NCBI RefSeq assembly: GCF_018336915.1
Contig: NZ_CP064923.1
Span: forward strand, 900,001-932,000
Direction: 5' to 3'
Length of the DNA stretch: 32,000 nucleotides
DNA from: Acaryochloris marina S15
Lineage (GTDB): Bacteria > Cyanobacteriota > Cyanobacteriia > Thermosynechococcales > Thermosynechococcaceae
Of the stretch, positions 8,179 through 16,639 are shown one piece after another. The position numbers and the translations under genes were made by a program. How positions within the stretch are numbered: the stretch's first letter is position 1; the number at the start of each line of letters is the position of its first letter. The notes below the pieces were generated by a model. The model ran no database searches. It saw only the letters and a list, made by a program, of their open reading frames with translations, and had not been told where the DNA came from.

Positions 8179-9507
8179 GTGTCACAGCATGAACAGCTTA
8201 TCGACGCTGCAACCAAGGCCATTTTTAAGTGCGATAACGAGTATCTAAGAACCATCGAAGTGGATGTACTAGAAGCCTGTCTTGCAGGTCTCACCTACGA
8301 AGAGATGGCTGAGAAACTCGACTACTCCAATCGCTATATTGCCGGTGATATTGCACCCGCTCTTTGGGCGAAACTCACTCGGGCTTTGGACGAAAAAGTC
8401 AGTAAGTCTAATTTGCGAGTCGCCCTTGAACGTCTGCATCAACGCCAGCCATCCCAGGAAAAACGAGCTTCCTATTGCCCCTATCCAGAGGGGCCAGTCC
8501 CTCTAAAGTCTTCGTTCTACATCCACCGATCAGAGATTGAACATCGCTGCAGCCAAATCATTACGAATCCGGGGACTTTAATCCGCATTAAGGCGGCCAA
8601 AGGCATGGGCAAAACCTCCTTAGTCAATCGGATCTTGAAAACTGCGGAGGCCCATCCACTCCAGACCCTCTACCTAGACTTTCGGTGGGCTAGTCAAGCC
8701 TCCATCAACGACTTGGAACGCTTTTTGCGCTGGTTCTGCTTCCAGATGGGGCGTCAGCTAGGGCTAGACAATCAGCTCGATGACTATTGGGACACGGAAC
8801 TACTCACCAGTATTGATAACTGCAGCCAATATTTTGAAGACTATCTGCTCCCCAATATAGAAGCGTCCCTTGTATTAGCCCTCGATAGCGTTGAGCAAAT
8901 TTTCCCTTACCCAGAGGTGGCGGGGGATGTCTTAAGGATGCTGAGAAGCTGGCATGAGAAGTCTAAAAGTTCGGCAACCTGGGAAAAAGTGCGGCTGGTG
9001 ATCACCCATGCCACGGAAGACTATGTGTCGCTCGATATCAACCATTCTCCCCTGACGAATGTGGGAGAACCCATTACCTTGTCCCCATTTACAGTCGAAC
9101 AAGTTCAGGCATTAGCAGCACGTTATGAACTGCAGTGGCAGCAATCAGAAGTGGAGCGTCTGCAGAATAGGGTGGGTGGGCATCCCTATCTGATTCATTT
9201 AGCCCTCTATAAAGGGGCCGTTGAAGGCAAGTCTTGCCAAGAGATTCTGGAGACCTCAGATCAAGAAATCGGCATTTACTTTAACCACCTGCTCCGGTTG
9301 AGGGAAGAATTGATTCAGTCCAAGGATTTAACGGCTGCCTATCTTGCGATCGCAAATTCACCCACCGGTATCGAACTCAACTCCCTGCAAATTTATCACC
9401 TGCAAAGTCTAGGCCTAGTAAAGCTCAAGGGCAATCTAGTGTTACCCTCTTGCAGTCTCTATCAGCAGTACTTCCAGCGAGAGCTAAGCCGAGATGCGAT
9501 CGCATAA
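8179..9507 (+). CDS. HTH (LuxR/sigma70-region-4-like) + AAA_35-type P-loop NTPase (STAND-like), no repeat domain
   Basis: GTG start preceded by AGGAG 10 nt upstream. The N-terminal block EVDVLEACLAGLTYEEMAEKLDYSNRYIAGDIAPALWAKLTRALDEKVSKSNLRVALE recurs in cyanobacterial NTPase/WD40 proteins. The P-loop is IKAAKGMGKTSLV and Walker B is LVLALDSVEQ. It is paralogous to the N-terminal half of the next gene. Confidence 0.7.
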   Translation: MSQHEQLIDAATKAIFKCDNEYLRTIEVDVLEACLAGLTYEEMAEKLDYSNRYIAGDIAPALWAKLTRALDEKVSKSNLRVALERLHQRQPSQEKRASYCPYPEGPVPLKSSFYIHRSEIEHRCSQIITNPGTLIRIKAAKGMGKTSLVNRILKTAEAHPLQTLYLDFRWASQASINDLERFLRWFCFQMGRQLGLDNQLDDYWDTELLTSIDNCSQYFEDYLLPNIEASLVLALDSVEQIFPYPEVAGDVLRMLRSWHEKSKSSATWEKVRLVITHATEDYVSLDINHSPLTNVGEPITLSPFTVEQVQALAARYELQWQQSEVERLQNRVGGHPYLIHLALYKGAVEGKSCQEILETSDQEIGIYFNHLLRLREELIQSKDLTAAYLAIANSPTGIELNSLQIYHLQSLGLVKLKGNLVLPSCSLYQQYFQRELSRDAIA

Positions 9508-12079
9508 TGTAGCGGAACCGAACTATCGGTATCAAGTCGGAGGCAGCCTGCCCGCTTCGGCCCCCAGCTATGTCACCCGAAAGAGCGACAACACCTTCTA
9601 TGACCATCTACAAAACGGCGAATTCTGCTACGTGCTTAATTCTCGCCAGATGGGTAAATCCAGCTTACGAGTGCAAACAATGCACAAGCTGCGTGGGGAG
9701 GATGTTGTCTGTGCAGCCATTGACCTGACCGGCTTTGGCACCCAGGGCATCACCCCAGAAAAATGGTATGGCGGTTTTATCAAAGCCCTCGTCAGTGACT
9801 GCCAACTAGACCTAAACTGGCGAGCCTGGTGGAAACAGCAAGATCCGGCGACTCCGGTACAGCGGCTGCATACATTTATCGAGCAGGTTTTACTCCCAGG
9901 GATTCCGCAAAGCATCGTCATTTTTATCGATGAAATCGATCTGATTCTTAGCCAGAACGTATCCGCTGATGATTTTCTGGCATTGATACGGTTCTTCTAC
10001 AATCAGCGGGTGGATCGACCCGCCTATCGACGCCTCACCTTTGCTCTGCTAGGGGTAGCTACGCCTTCTGCCCTGATGAAAGACCATGAGCGGACGCCCT
10101 TCAATATTGGCCAAGCCATCTATCTAGAAGGGTTTCAGTTTCAAGAAGCTCTCCCCCTCTCTCAGGGCTTTAGAGGTAAGGTTCAAGACCCCGACCAGGT
10201 GCTCCATGAAATCCTGGACTGGACTGGAGGACAGCCCTTTCTGACCCAAAAGCTCTGTCAACTTATGGAGTCATCCCTTCGGTCAAATCCTGAAATCACA
10301 GTAGAGCAGGTGGTTCAAACTCAGATTCTGGAGAACTGGGAAGCTCATGATGAGCCAGTGCATTTGAGAACGATTTGCGATCGCATCCTCTGTAACGATC
10401 ATAAATCGGTACAGCTCTTGGGGCTTTACCAAAAGATTACGAACAGCAAGGTCACCACTAAAAGCAGCCCTGAGCAAATTGAGCTGCGCCTATCAGGTCT
10501 GGTGAAAGACCAAGCTGGAACCCTACAGGTCTATAACCGCATCTATGGTCAGATCTTTAATCAACACTGGATTGAGGCAACCCTCCTAGATTTACGCCCC
10601 TATGCCTCTGCATTTAATGCTTGGGAACAATCTCACTCCCAGGCAGATAAGCTCCTGGAGGGCAAGGCCCTAAAACAAGCGCTCAACTGGGCCGTGGGCA
10701 AAAGCCTCAGCGATCAAGACTATGACTTTATTCGCCTGAGCCAGGTCAAAGCAGAGCGAGAAAAACTACAGCGCAACATTTTCCTGCGGAACTTGCTGAC
10801 GGCTGTGGGCTTGGGAGGATTATTGATTGGAGGTCTTATCTGGGGTAGCGATCGCTGGCTAGCGGATCAAAACCAGCAAGCCCTAACAACGATAACGACA
10901 CTCCATAAACAAGTCGCTCGGGCCAAGCGAAATCAAAATCAAACGGAAGCTCTCTTTCTCGCCATTCAAGCAGGGCAAAAACTCCGCAACCTAGTTCAGG
11001 AGCAACCAATTGCTAGCTATCCCACCACCACACCCCTACTGGATCTGCAACAACTCTTGAAAGACCAAGAACGGCCAGACTCCAAGCAGAAAAAAGAAGA
11101 CCGCTGGAATCTAGAGACTCTGAAAGAAGAGGCGATCTGGGATTTAGATATTAGCCCGGATGGAAAAACCATTGCCGTCTCCGGTTGGGGCAGTTCGGTC
11201 CGCCTCTTACAAAACAGTCGCCAACAGGAACTCACCCATCCCGATTCAGAGATGGTGATCAGCACGGACTTTAATCCCAAAAAGGATCAGGTCGTCACCG
11301 CCTCTCTCAATGGCAATGTTCGCCTCTGGTCCACGTCTGGGCAAGCCCTCCAACATTGGAACACCCAACAAGATGCCATTTGGAATACTCGCTTTAGTCC
11401 CAACGGCCAGTACCTCGCCACAGCAGGATGGGATGGCACCGTTCGCCTCTGGGATTTAGAGGGAACGCAGCGGTTTCAGACTTCACAAAAACACCAAGGC
11501 CCCGTTAAGGATATTCGCTTTAGCCCCGATGGCAAATGGCTGGCTACCGCAGGGGAAGATGGTGCTATCCAACTTTGGCAACTGTGCTTAGGAGCTAACT
11601 GCTCAAAATCGGATGACGCTCAATCCCTGGACCTTCACAAAATATGGAAAGGACATAGCGGTTGGGTTTGGAGTCTAGATGTCAGTCCTGATAGCAAAAT
11701 CCTGGTTTCTGCTGGCGAAGATGGCATTGTTCGATTTTGGGATCTTGATAATCCGAATACCCCACCCCAACGATGGCAATACGGGCAAGGCCGTATCACT
11801 CAAATTCGCTTTAGCCCCGATGGCCAGTGGTTAGCGATTAGCGGCTGGGATGGAACGGTACAGATCCGCGATCGCAACGGCAGAATTTTTTCTCAATGGC
11901 AAAGCCGTCGCCCAGTCACGAGCCTGAGCTTTACCCCCGATCAACAAATGCTTTTGGTGGGAACCGTTATGGGGGATGTCCATCAATGGCCCATTAACTC
12001 TCTCGATCAGCTTCTCAAGGAAGGATGTCAAACCCTTAAAACACTTAACGCCACCCAGGCCAACAAAGTGTGTTCCTAG
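9494..12079 (+). CDS. AAA_35-type P-loop NTPase (STAND-like) + TM-like helix + 7 WD40 repeats
   Basis: YQVGGSLPASAPSYVTRKSD..GEFCYVLNSRQMGKSSLRV (P-loop) and SIVIFIDEIDLI (Walker B) form the pfam AAA_35-type signature. A hydrophobic segment LLTAVGLGGLLIGGLIWG lies at aa 433-451. Seven blades of the type FSPDGxxLAtaGxDGtvrLWd span aa 545-833. Confidence 0.8.
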   Translation: MRSHNVAEPNYRYQVGGSLPASAPSYVTRKSDNTFYDHLQNGEFCYVLNSRQMGKSSLRVQTMHKLRGEDVVCAAIDLTGFGTQGITPEKWYGGFIKALVSDCQLDLNWRAWWKQQDPATPVQRLHTFIEQVLLPGIPQSIVIFIDEIDLILSQNVSADDFLALIRFFYNQRVDRPAYRRLTFALLGVATPSALMKDHERTPFNIGQAIYLEGFQFQEALPLSQGFRGKVQDPDQVLHEILDWTGGQPFLTQKLCQLMESSLRSNPEITVEQVVQTQILENWEAHDEPVHLRTICDRILCNDHKSVQLLGLYQKITNSKVTTKSSPEQIELRLSGLVKDQAGTLQVYNRIYGQIFNQHWIEATLLDLRPYASAFNAWEQSHSQADKLLEGKALKQALNWAVGKSLSDQDYDFIRLSQVKAEREKLQRNIFLRNLLTAVGLGGLLIGGLIWGSDRWLADQNQQALTTITTLHKQVARAKRNQNQTEALFLAIQAGQKLRNLVQEQPIASYPTTTPLLDLQQLLKDQERPDSKQKKEDRWNLETLKEEAIWDLDISPDGKTIAVSGWGSSVRLLQNSRQQELTHPDSEMVISTDFNPKKDQVVTASLNGNVRLWSTSGQALQHWNTQQDAIWNTRFSPNGQYLATAGWDGTVRLWDLEGTQRFQTSQKHQGPVKDIRFSPDGKWLATAGEDGAIQLWQLCLGANCSKSDDAQSLDLHKIWKGHSGWVWSLDVSPDSKILVSAGEDGIVRFWDLDNPNTPPQRWQYGQGRITQIRFSPDGQWLAISGWDGTVQIRDRNGRIFSQWQSRRPVTSLSFTPDQQMLLVGTVMGDVHQWPINSLDQLLKEGCQTLKTLNATQANKVCS
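9496..9503. repeat. HIP1 octamer GCGATCGC (representative; all copies are listed in evidence)
   Basis: Perfect copies seen by eye at 1351, 6312, 9346, 9496, 10377, 10848, 11868, 15071 and 26459 (start coordinates). I found none between 15079 and 26458. This copy sits inside the 14-nt overlap of the two NTPase genes. Confidence 0.8.
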
Positions 12080-12098
12080 CAGATGTTGTAAATACCCA

Positions 12099-13091
12099 TC
12101 ACCGAAACTGCCCTACCTGCTCTTGAATCAGATTGACATTACTGCGATCGATAAAACTAGGCCCAGTGGAAATAATCGGACTGGGGGGGCTAAACCCATG
12201 GCGTTGAATCCAGGTGAGCCATTGCACCGTTAAATACCCTTCCAAATAAGGCTGCTGGTCGATGGCAAATAGTGTAGTTCCCTGCTCAATTGCGGTGAGG
12301 ATAGTACGACTAAGATCAAAGGTGCCGTGGCTATAGGCACCTTTTCGATTGCGGATAACCTCATAAAAGGGGACTGCTGCTTCTGGACCTAGGGTCAAAA
12401 AGAGATTGGTCTCGGGGTTCTTTGATAGATAACGCTGCAAAATTTTTTTTGATTCCGCTGGATTGGGCGTAATGTTGACCCTCTCCGCTTCAATATCAGA
12501 TTCGCTCAATGCATCGAAAAAACCTTGGCAGCGAGCCTCCAAATTTAAAGCACCGGGCTGGTGGTTAATACAGGCTCCCTTAATGCCAGGCGGAGACTCG
12601 GCCAATAAGCGCTTTCCGGCTTCGTATCCACCTTGCCGTTCATCTGGTCCGATATAGGCTCGGTAGGGAATATTGTCTTGTTCTGGTCCTGAACCCGCAT
12701 TGTAGGCAATCACCGGGATATTAAACTTCTGCACAGCCTTAGTTAGGGGCGCTCGGAACTTATCTGGATCAATTACGGCCACCCCAATAGCATCGGGCCG
12801 GGTCTCGACTGCTGCTTCAATTAATCGCGTTACCGCATCAGGGTCAAAGGTATGGGGACGGCGAATTGTCACCTCAACGCCTAGATCCTGGGCGGCATCA
12901 TGGATACCCGTTTCTACCACACACCAAAAATAGGCCCAGGGACAGGACGCATGCTGAATCAAAGTCAGATTTAGAGTCTTAGCTTCAGTCTGCACCAGGG
13001 TTGGATTGTCTAAAGGTGCTGTTGTCGAGGGCGACAGCCGGCAAGCAACCATCATCACCAGCAATAGACAGATCACAATCGTTCGACGCAC
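12099..13091 (-). CDS. Periplasmic sugar-type (PBP type I, RbsB-like) substrate-binding lipoprotein, orphan
   Basis: Lipobox LLVMMVAC, then the conserved organisation ..GIHDAAQDLGVEVTI..DAIGVAVIDP..FNIPVIAYNAG..YIGPDERQGGYEAGKRL..FAIDQQPYLEGY typical of sugar ABC binding proteins. There is no permease or ATPase gene in the window. Confidence 0.75.
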   Translation of the reverse strand: MRRTIVICLLLVMMVACRLSPSTTAPLDNPTLVQTEAKTLNLTLIQHASCPWAYFWCVVETGIHDAAQDLGVEVTIRRPHTFDPDAVTRLIEAAVETRPDAIGVAVIDPDKFRAPLTKAVQKFNIPVIAYNAGSGPEQDNIPYRAYIGPDERQGGYEAGKRLLAESPPGIKGACINHQPGALNLEARCQGFFDALSESDIEAERVNITPNPAESKKILQRYLSKNPETNLFLTLGPEAAVPFYEVIRNRKGAYSHGTFDLSRTILTAIEQGTTLFAIDQQPYLEGYLTVQWLTWIQRHGFSPPSPIISTGPSFIDRSNVNLIQEQVGQFR

Positions 13092-13763
13092 AAGACCCTC
13101 AACAGCATGAACTTCAGCACAGAAGAATTATATCGCTCTTAAAATTGCAACCTGAAAAAACCAGAAAAAGCTGATTCCAACTCCTGAAATAGCAGAAAAA
13201 ACCTCATTGTTGATCACAAAAATATTACAGATAATGAGAACAACAACTGAATTAGAGAGATTAATAAATGGCTTTTTAACTTTGGAGAAAGCAGTAAGTC
13301 AAGATTACAAATCAAAAATTTAAGGCTCAAGAAACAAAGCAATTCAATACACAAATCTAGAATGCACTTAGCAATCATTAGCTACAGTTTCATTCATTGC
13401 AATCCTACTAATTGCTTATCCAGTTTTTCACTAAATGATCCACGATCATGTCATGTTCATCGTTAGAAAGGCAGAGCGGGTCATTAATAGAACATCTTCT
13501 CGATATCTTATTTTCACTGCAGAGAAACGTTTGAAAATACAGGTTCTATAGCGTTAATCAAATTCAATGCTTCTAATATTCATGACCACACAAACGAAGG
13601 AAAAACCCATAAAGTGAAAGTCGCAAAAGCAAGAGTTCTTTCTCTTTTAAGGCATAAAAAATATCATCGATCTCCAGGAGTAATTAAAATAATTCACCAT
13701 TATTTTCTCAACAAGAAAATCTAAGAGATTTCACAGTTTTATCTAGAGGATTACGTAAACAAT

Positions 13764-14444
13764 ATGAATCGCACAAAAACAGTCGTCAGAGCCACCTGGA
13801 ATTGGCTATGGGGGAAGCCAATCGAGGCAGGGGGCGAAATCGCAGCCCAAGTCAGTGAAGACAGCATTGACGATCTCACCCAGGCTTTTCAAACCCTCGT
13901 AGATTCGGTGGGGCTACAAAAGGGCGCATTAGCTGAGGCACTTCGATTACATGATGAGACCGAGCAACAGGTGAAATCCCTCAGTGACCAAGCGGAGCAG
14001 CTAGTGGCTGCCGGTGAAGATGATGCCGCCCTGGCCGTATTAGCCGAACTGGATGTTCTAGAAGAGTATCGTCCACAGCTAGAAGAACAGGTGTTATTTG
14101 CCAAACAAACCTTAGCGGAAGGAACAACCCGTATGAAAGAGGCCCAGTTGGAGCTGAGAAAGATGCAGGCCCAGCAAAAAATGGGGGCTTCGACCATGCG
14201 GGTCACCCAAGCCTTAGAGCGGGCTAACCAAGCAGCTGGCATCGATAACCAATCAGCGATGCGACGGTTTGAAAAATCCCAAGAAGCTATCAAGCGGCGC
14301 AATATCCAAGCCCAGGCCACCTCAGAAGTACAGGGAGAGCTTAAGGGAACATCCAGAGCGATTAAATCCCTCCATGCCCAAGATCGCCTCGCCCAACTGA
14401 AGGCGAAACAAGCCACCAACACTGCAGAAAGCAAGGACCAATAA
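13764..14444 (+). CDS. PspA/IM30 (Vipp1)-family coiled-coil protein, divergent
   Basis: Predicted all-helical protein of 226 aa with a Trp-rich amphipathic N-terminus TVVRATWNWLWGK. The central block AEQLVAAGEDDAALAVLAELDVLEE matches the PspA hallmark A..AL..G.E.LAR.AL..K. The C-terminal SAMRRFEKSQEAIKRRNIQAQA...RLAQLKAK parallels E. coli PspA [21 protein letters not shown]...QLAQLKAK. Confidence 0.6.
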   Translation: MNRTKTVVRATWNWLWGKPIEAGGEIAAQVSEDSIDDLTQAFQTLVDSVGLQKGALAEALRLHDETEQQVKSLSDQAEQLVAAGEDDAALAVLAELDVLEEYRPQLEEQVLFAKQTLAEGTTRMKEAQLELRKMQAQQKMGASTMRVTQALERANQAAGIDNQSAMRRFEKSQEAIKRRNIQAQATSEVQGELKGTSRAIKSLHAQDRLAQLKAKQATNTAESKDQ

Positions 14445-14446
14445 GA

Positions 14447-15988
14447 ATGACAGTTAAAAGAAAAGGTTTACCCCCCATCGCCTATATCGGTGCCGCATTA
14501 CTCATATGTGGGGGTGGATATATGAGCTTTAACGCCATCAAATTGGGAGAAAATTCTCCCCTAACTCAACTCGTCTATGGCAATGAAGCCAGACAGCTGA
14601 CTGTACTGGGTGACACCTTCTCCGGCTACAGCACCTTGCGAGCCGATCCCTTCGCTGCCAAAATCACTCAGGCTGACCTTGGCATTCGGTATCAGGATGA
14701 ATTCGATCAAGCCGCTAGAGCAAAAGCCCTCGGTCGTGAAGCTGACATTATTGTCACCACGCTGGATCAGTATCTGAAGCATCAACCTGAAGGCCGTATC
14801 GTCGGCCTCATTGATAAAACTGTGGGCGCGGATGCCGTGGTCCTCAATACCCAGCAATATCCTCAACTGAAAGGTTTGAATGATATTGCCAAGGTGCGCG
14901 CCTCCGCCTCGGCTCCCCTGAAGTTGGTTTACTCTGCAGGCACCCCGAGTGAATATTTGGCCAAGCTGCTGGATTTGAAGTTTGAAGGGTTAAGCTTGTC
15001 GGATTTTGAAGTGGTGGAAGTGGAAGAATCCACCCAGGCTTATGAATTGTTGAAGTCTGATACGCAGGTTGCGATCGCAATCCTCTGGGAACCCTTCGTT
15101 TCCAAAGCCCGCAAAGAGGGCAACACCGTAGTTCTCTCTAGTAGCGATGTACCCGATGCCATTATTGACGTCATTGTTGCCAGCGATCAGCTAATTCAAA
15201 ACCGTCCCAAAGATCTAAGCCAATTTCTCACCCTCTATTACCAACATACGGATCAGTTAATTCGTGATTCAGGTGTCCTCAGTCAACAAATTGGCAAAGA
15301 TGGCAATCTATCCCCCCAGGATGCCACTTCAGTATCTAATGGCATCGACTTCTTTACTGCTCTAGAAGCCAATCAATGGATGAATTCTGGCACCTTAGCC
15401 AAGCGAATTGAAGCCACCTCAGCGGTCCTCTCTCTCACAGGGGAAACAGCAGGGTTGGTCAAAAATCCTCGTAACCTCTATACCCAAGATTTTATGGCCC
15501 AGGCTGTGACCCATTCGAAACAAGTGGTGGCATCCATCGCCACCACGGATCCCGAGTTAGCCAAAGTACTACGAGGTCAGAAGTCTTCGACCATCAAAGC
15601 TAAGGTCACCCCACAGCAAATTCAAGCAGCTCCGAAGGTGGGTAATTTCAAGGTCAGAGGCGAGGTTAAATTTGCCACGGGTTCAGCGGCGTTGTCGGGA
15701 GACAGCCAATCCACCCTGAAGGCTCTCGCTCAAGAAATCAACGAATTCAATCCCAGTACCATTGCCGTGAACGTGGTGGGGCACACCTCAAAGACGGGGT
15801 CTGCTGCCACGAATCAGTCCTTGAGTCAGCAGCGAGCCCAGGTTGTGGCTAATTACCTCCGGTCTCAAGGTGTCCAGCCAAATCTGGTGGCAGAAGGCAA
15901 AGGGTTTTCTGAACAACTCCCAGGAGTTAACCCCGCTAGCCCTGCACAACAGCGTACAGAAATCCAGCTCAGGCGAGTAGGGGGATAG
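14447..15988 (+). CDS. Membrane-anchored protein: N-terminal TM + SsuA/TauA/NMT1-like periplasmic-binding-protein domain + C-terminal OmpA/MotB peptidoglycan-binding domain
   Basis: TM helix IAYIGAALLICGGGYMSF (aa 11-28). A PBP-like middle spans aa ~50-330. The OmpA_C signature FATGSAALSGDSQSTLKALA..VVGHTSKTGSAATNQSLSQQRAQVVANYL..GKGFSEQLP spans aa 403-511. The start is 3 nt after the stop of the PspA-like gene. Confidence 0.7.
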   Translation: MTVKRKGLPPIAYIGAALLICGGGYMSFNAIKLGENSPLTQLVYGNEARQLTVLGDTFSGYSTLRADPFAAKITQADLGIRYQDEFDQAARAKALGREADIIVTTLDQYLKHQPEGRIVGLIDKTVGADAVVLNTQQYPQLKGLNDIAKVRASASAPLKLVYSAGTPSEYLAKLLDLKFEGLSLSDFEVVEVEESTQAYELLKSDTQVAIAILWEPFVSKARKEGNTVVLSSSDVPDAIIDVIVASDQLIQNRPKDLSQFLTLYYQHTDQLIRDSGVLSQQIGKDGNLSPQDATSVSNGIDFFTALEANQWMNSGTLAKRIEATSAVLSLTGETAGLVKNPRNLYTQDFMAQAVTHSKQVVASIATTDPELAKVLRGQKSSTIKAKVTPQQIQAAPKVGNFKVRGEVKFATGSAALSGDSQSTLKALAQEINEFNPSTIAVNVVGHTSKTGSAATNQSLSQQRAQVVANYLRSQGVQPNLVAEGKGFSEQLPGVNPASPAQQRTEIQLRRVGG

Positions 15989-15992
15989 GCTG

Positions 15993-16433
15993 ATGGCGGA
16001 GTCTTTGCGCCAAGCTTACCAGCGCTTTGGCGGTATCAAGCAGTCTGAGGTGCCTTGGATTATCTGGCTCTTAGAAAATCCGGCTAGTCCCCTCGCCCTG
16101 GCCGGGGCAATTCCCCTGAAGGAACATGACTACCTGCACCTTTTGCTTAATCGGGGGAAGTCTCCAGAGGATGAAGCATTTATTATTGGCTTTACGATGG
16201 GTAATGATACCGCCCTAAACCCCTTTCACCTCTGGGTGTTTAAGTTCGCCTCTCGGTTTCTGTACCCCCAGGACTACCGATTCACTCAGCATCATTGCGA
16301 CATTTTTGATGCTGGGGTCAAGCAGGGAAAACAACTGCCAACCAAAAATTTATGCCGCTTTGATTTTTCATCAATTGAAGAGGAATCCTTAGAGGTATTG
16401 AGAGGTGTACTTAAAATTGATCAAATTCTGTAA
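15993..16433 (+). CDS. Small soluble hypothetical protein with an HDxxH...E motif (weak Coq4-like resemblance)
   Basis: 146-aa ORF starting 5 nt after the preceding stop. KEHDYLHLLLNRGKSPEDEAFIIGF resembles the HDxxH-(x)n-E metal-binding motif region of Coq4-family proteins, but the protein is much shorter. The assignment is tentative. Confidence 0.45.
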   Translation: MAESLRQAYQRFGGIKQSEVPWIIWLLENPASPLALAGAIPLKEHDYLHLLLNRGKSPEDEAFIIGFTMGNDTALNPFHLWVFKFASRFLYPQDYRFTQHHCDIFDAGVKQGKQLPTKNLCRFDFSSIEEESLEVLRGVLKIDQIL

Positions 16434-16639
16434 GGGAAGACAATACAATCACTATTTGTGAAGTGAGCAATTCAGAATAGCGACTCATAACGAAAAAATC
16501 GTAATCGTTTAGGTCAAAATATAGGCTCAACCAGTGTTTCAGGGAGTGAGCCTAGTCAAAAGATAGACACTGAACAGGTTCATATAGGGTTTTATACATC
16601 AGTTTGTTGTATAACCTGAATTATCCATACAAACTATCC

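Noticed and set aside
11976-12233. 85-aa plus-strand ORF spanning the convergent gene ends
   Set aside because: It overlaps the 3' ends of both the WD40 gene and the binding-protein gene. It is a frame artefact.
13889-14434. 181-aa minus-strand ORF
   Set aside because: It is antisense to the PspA-like gene. The Ala/Ser/Cys/Trp-rich product is typical of the reverse frame of a GAA/CAG/GCC-rich coiled-coil gene.
16604-16639. TTG start used by the ORF track for the TIR-like gene
   Set aside because: The family normally begins right at M-(K/R)-IF(I/V)GSS. ATG-ATG at 16640/16643 fits this, and the 12 extra residues have no support.
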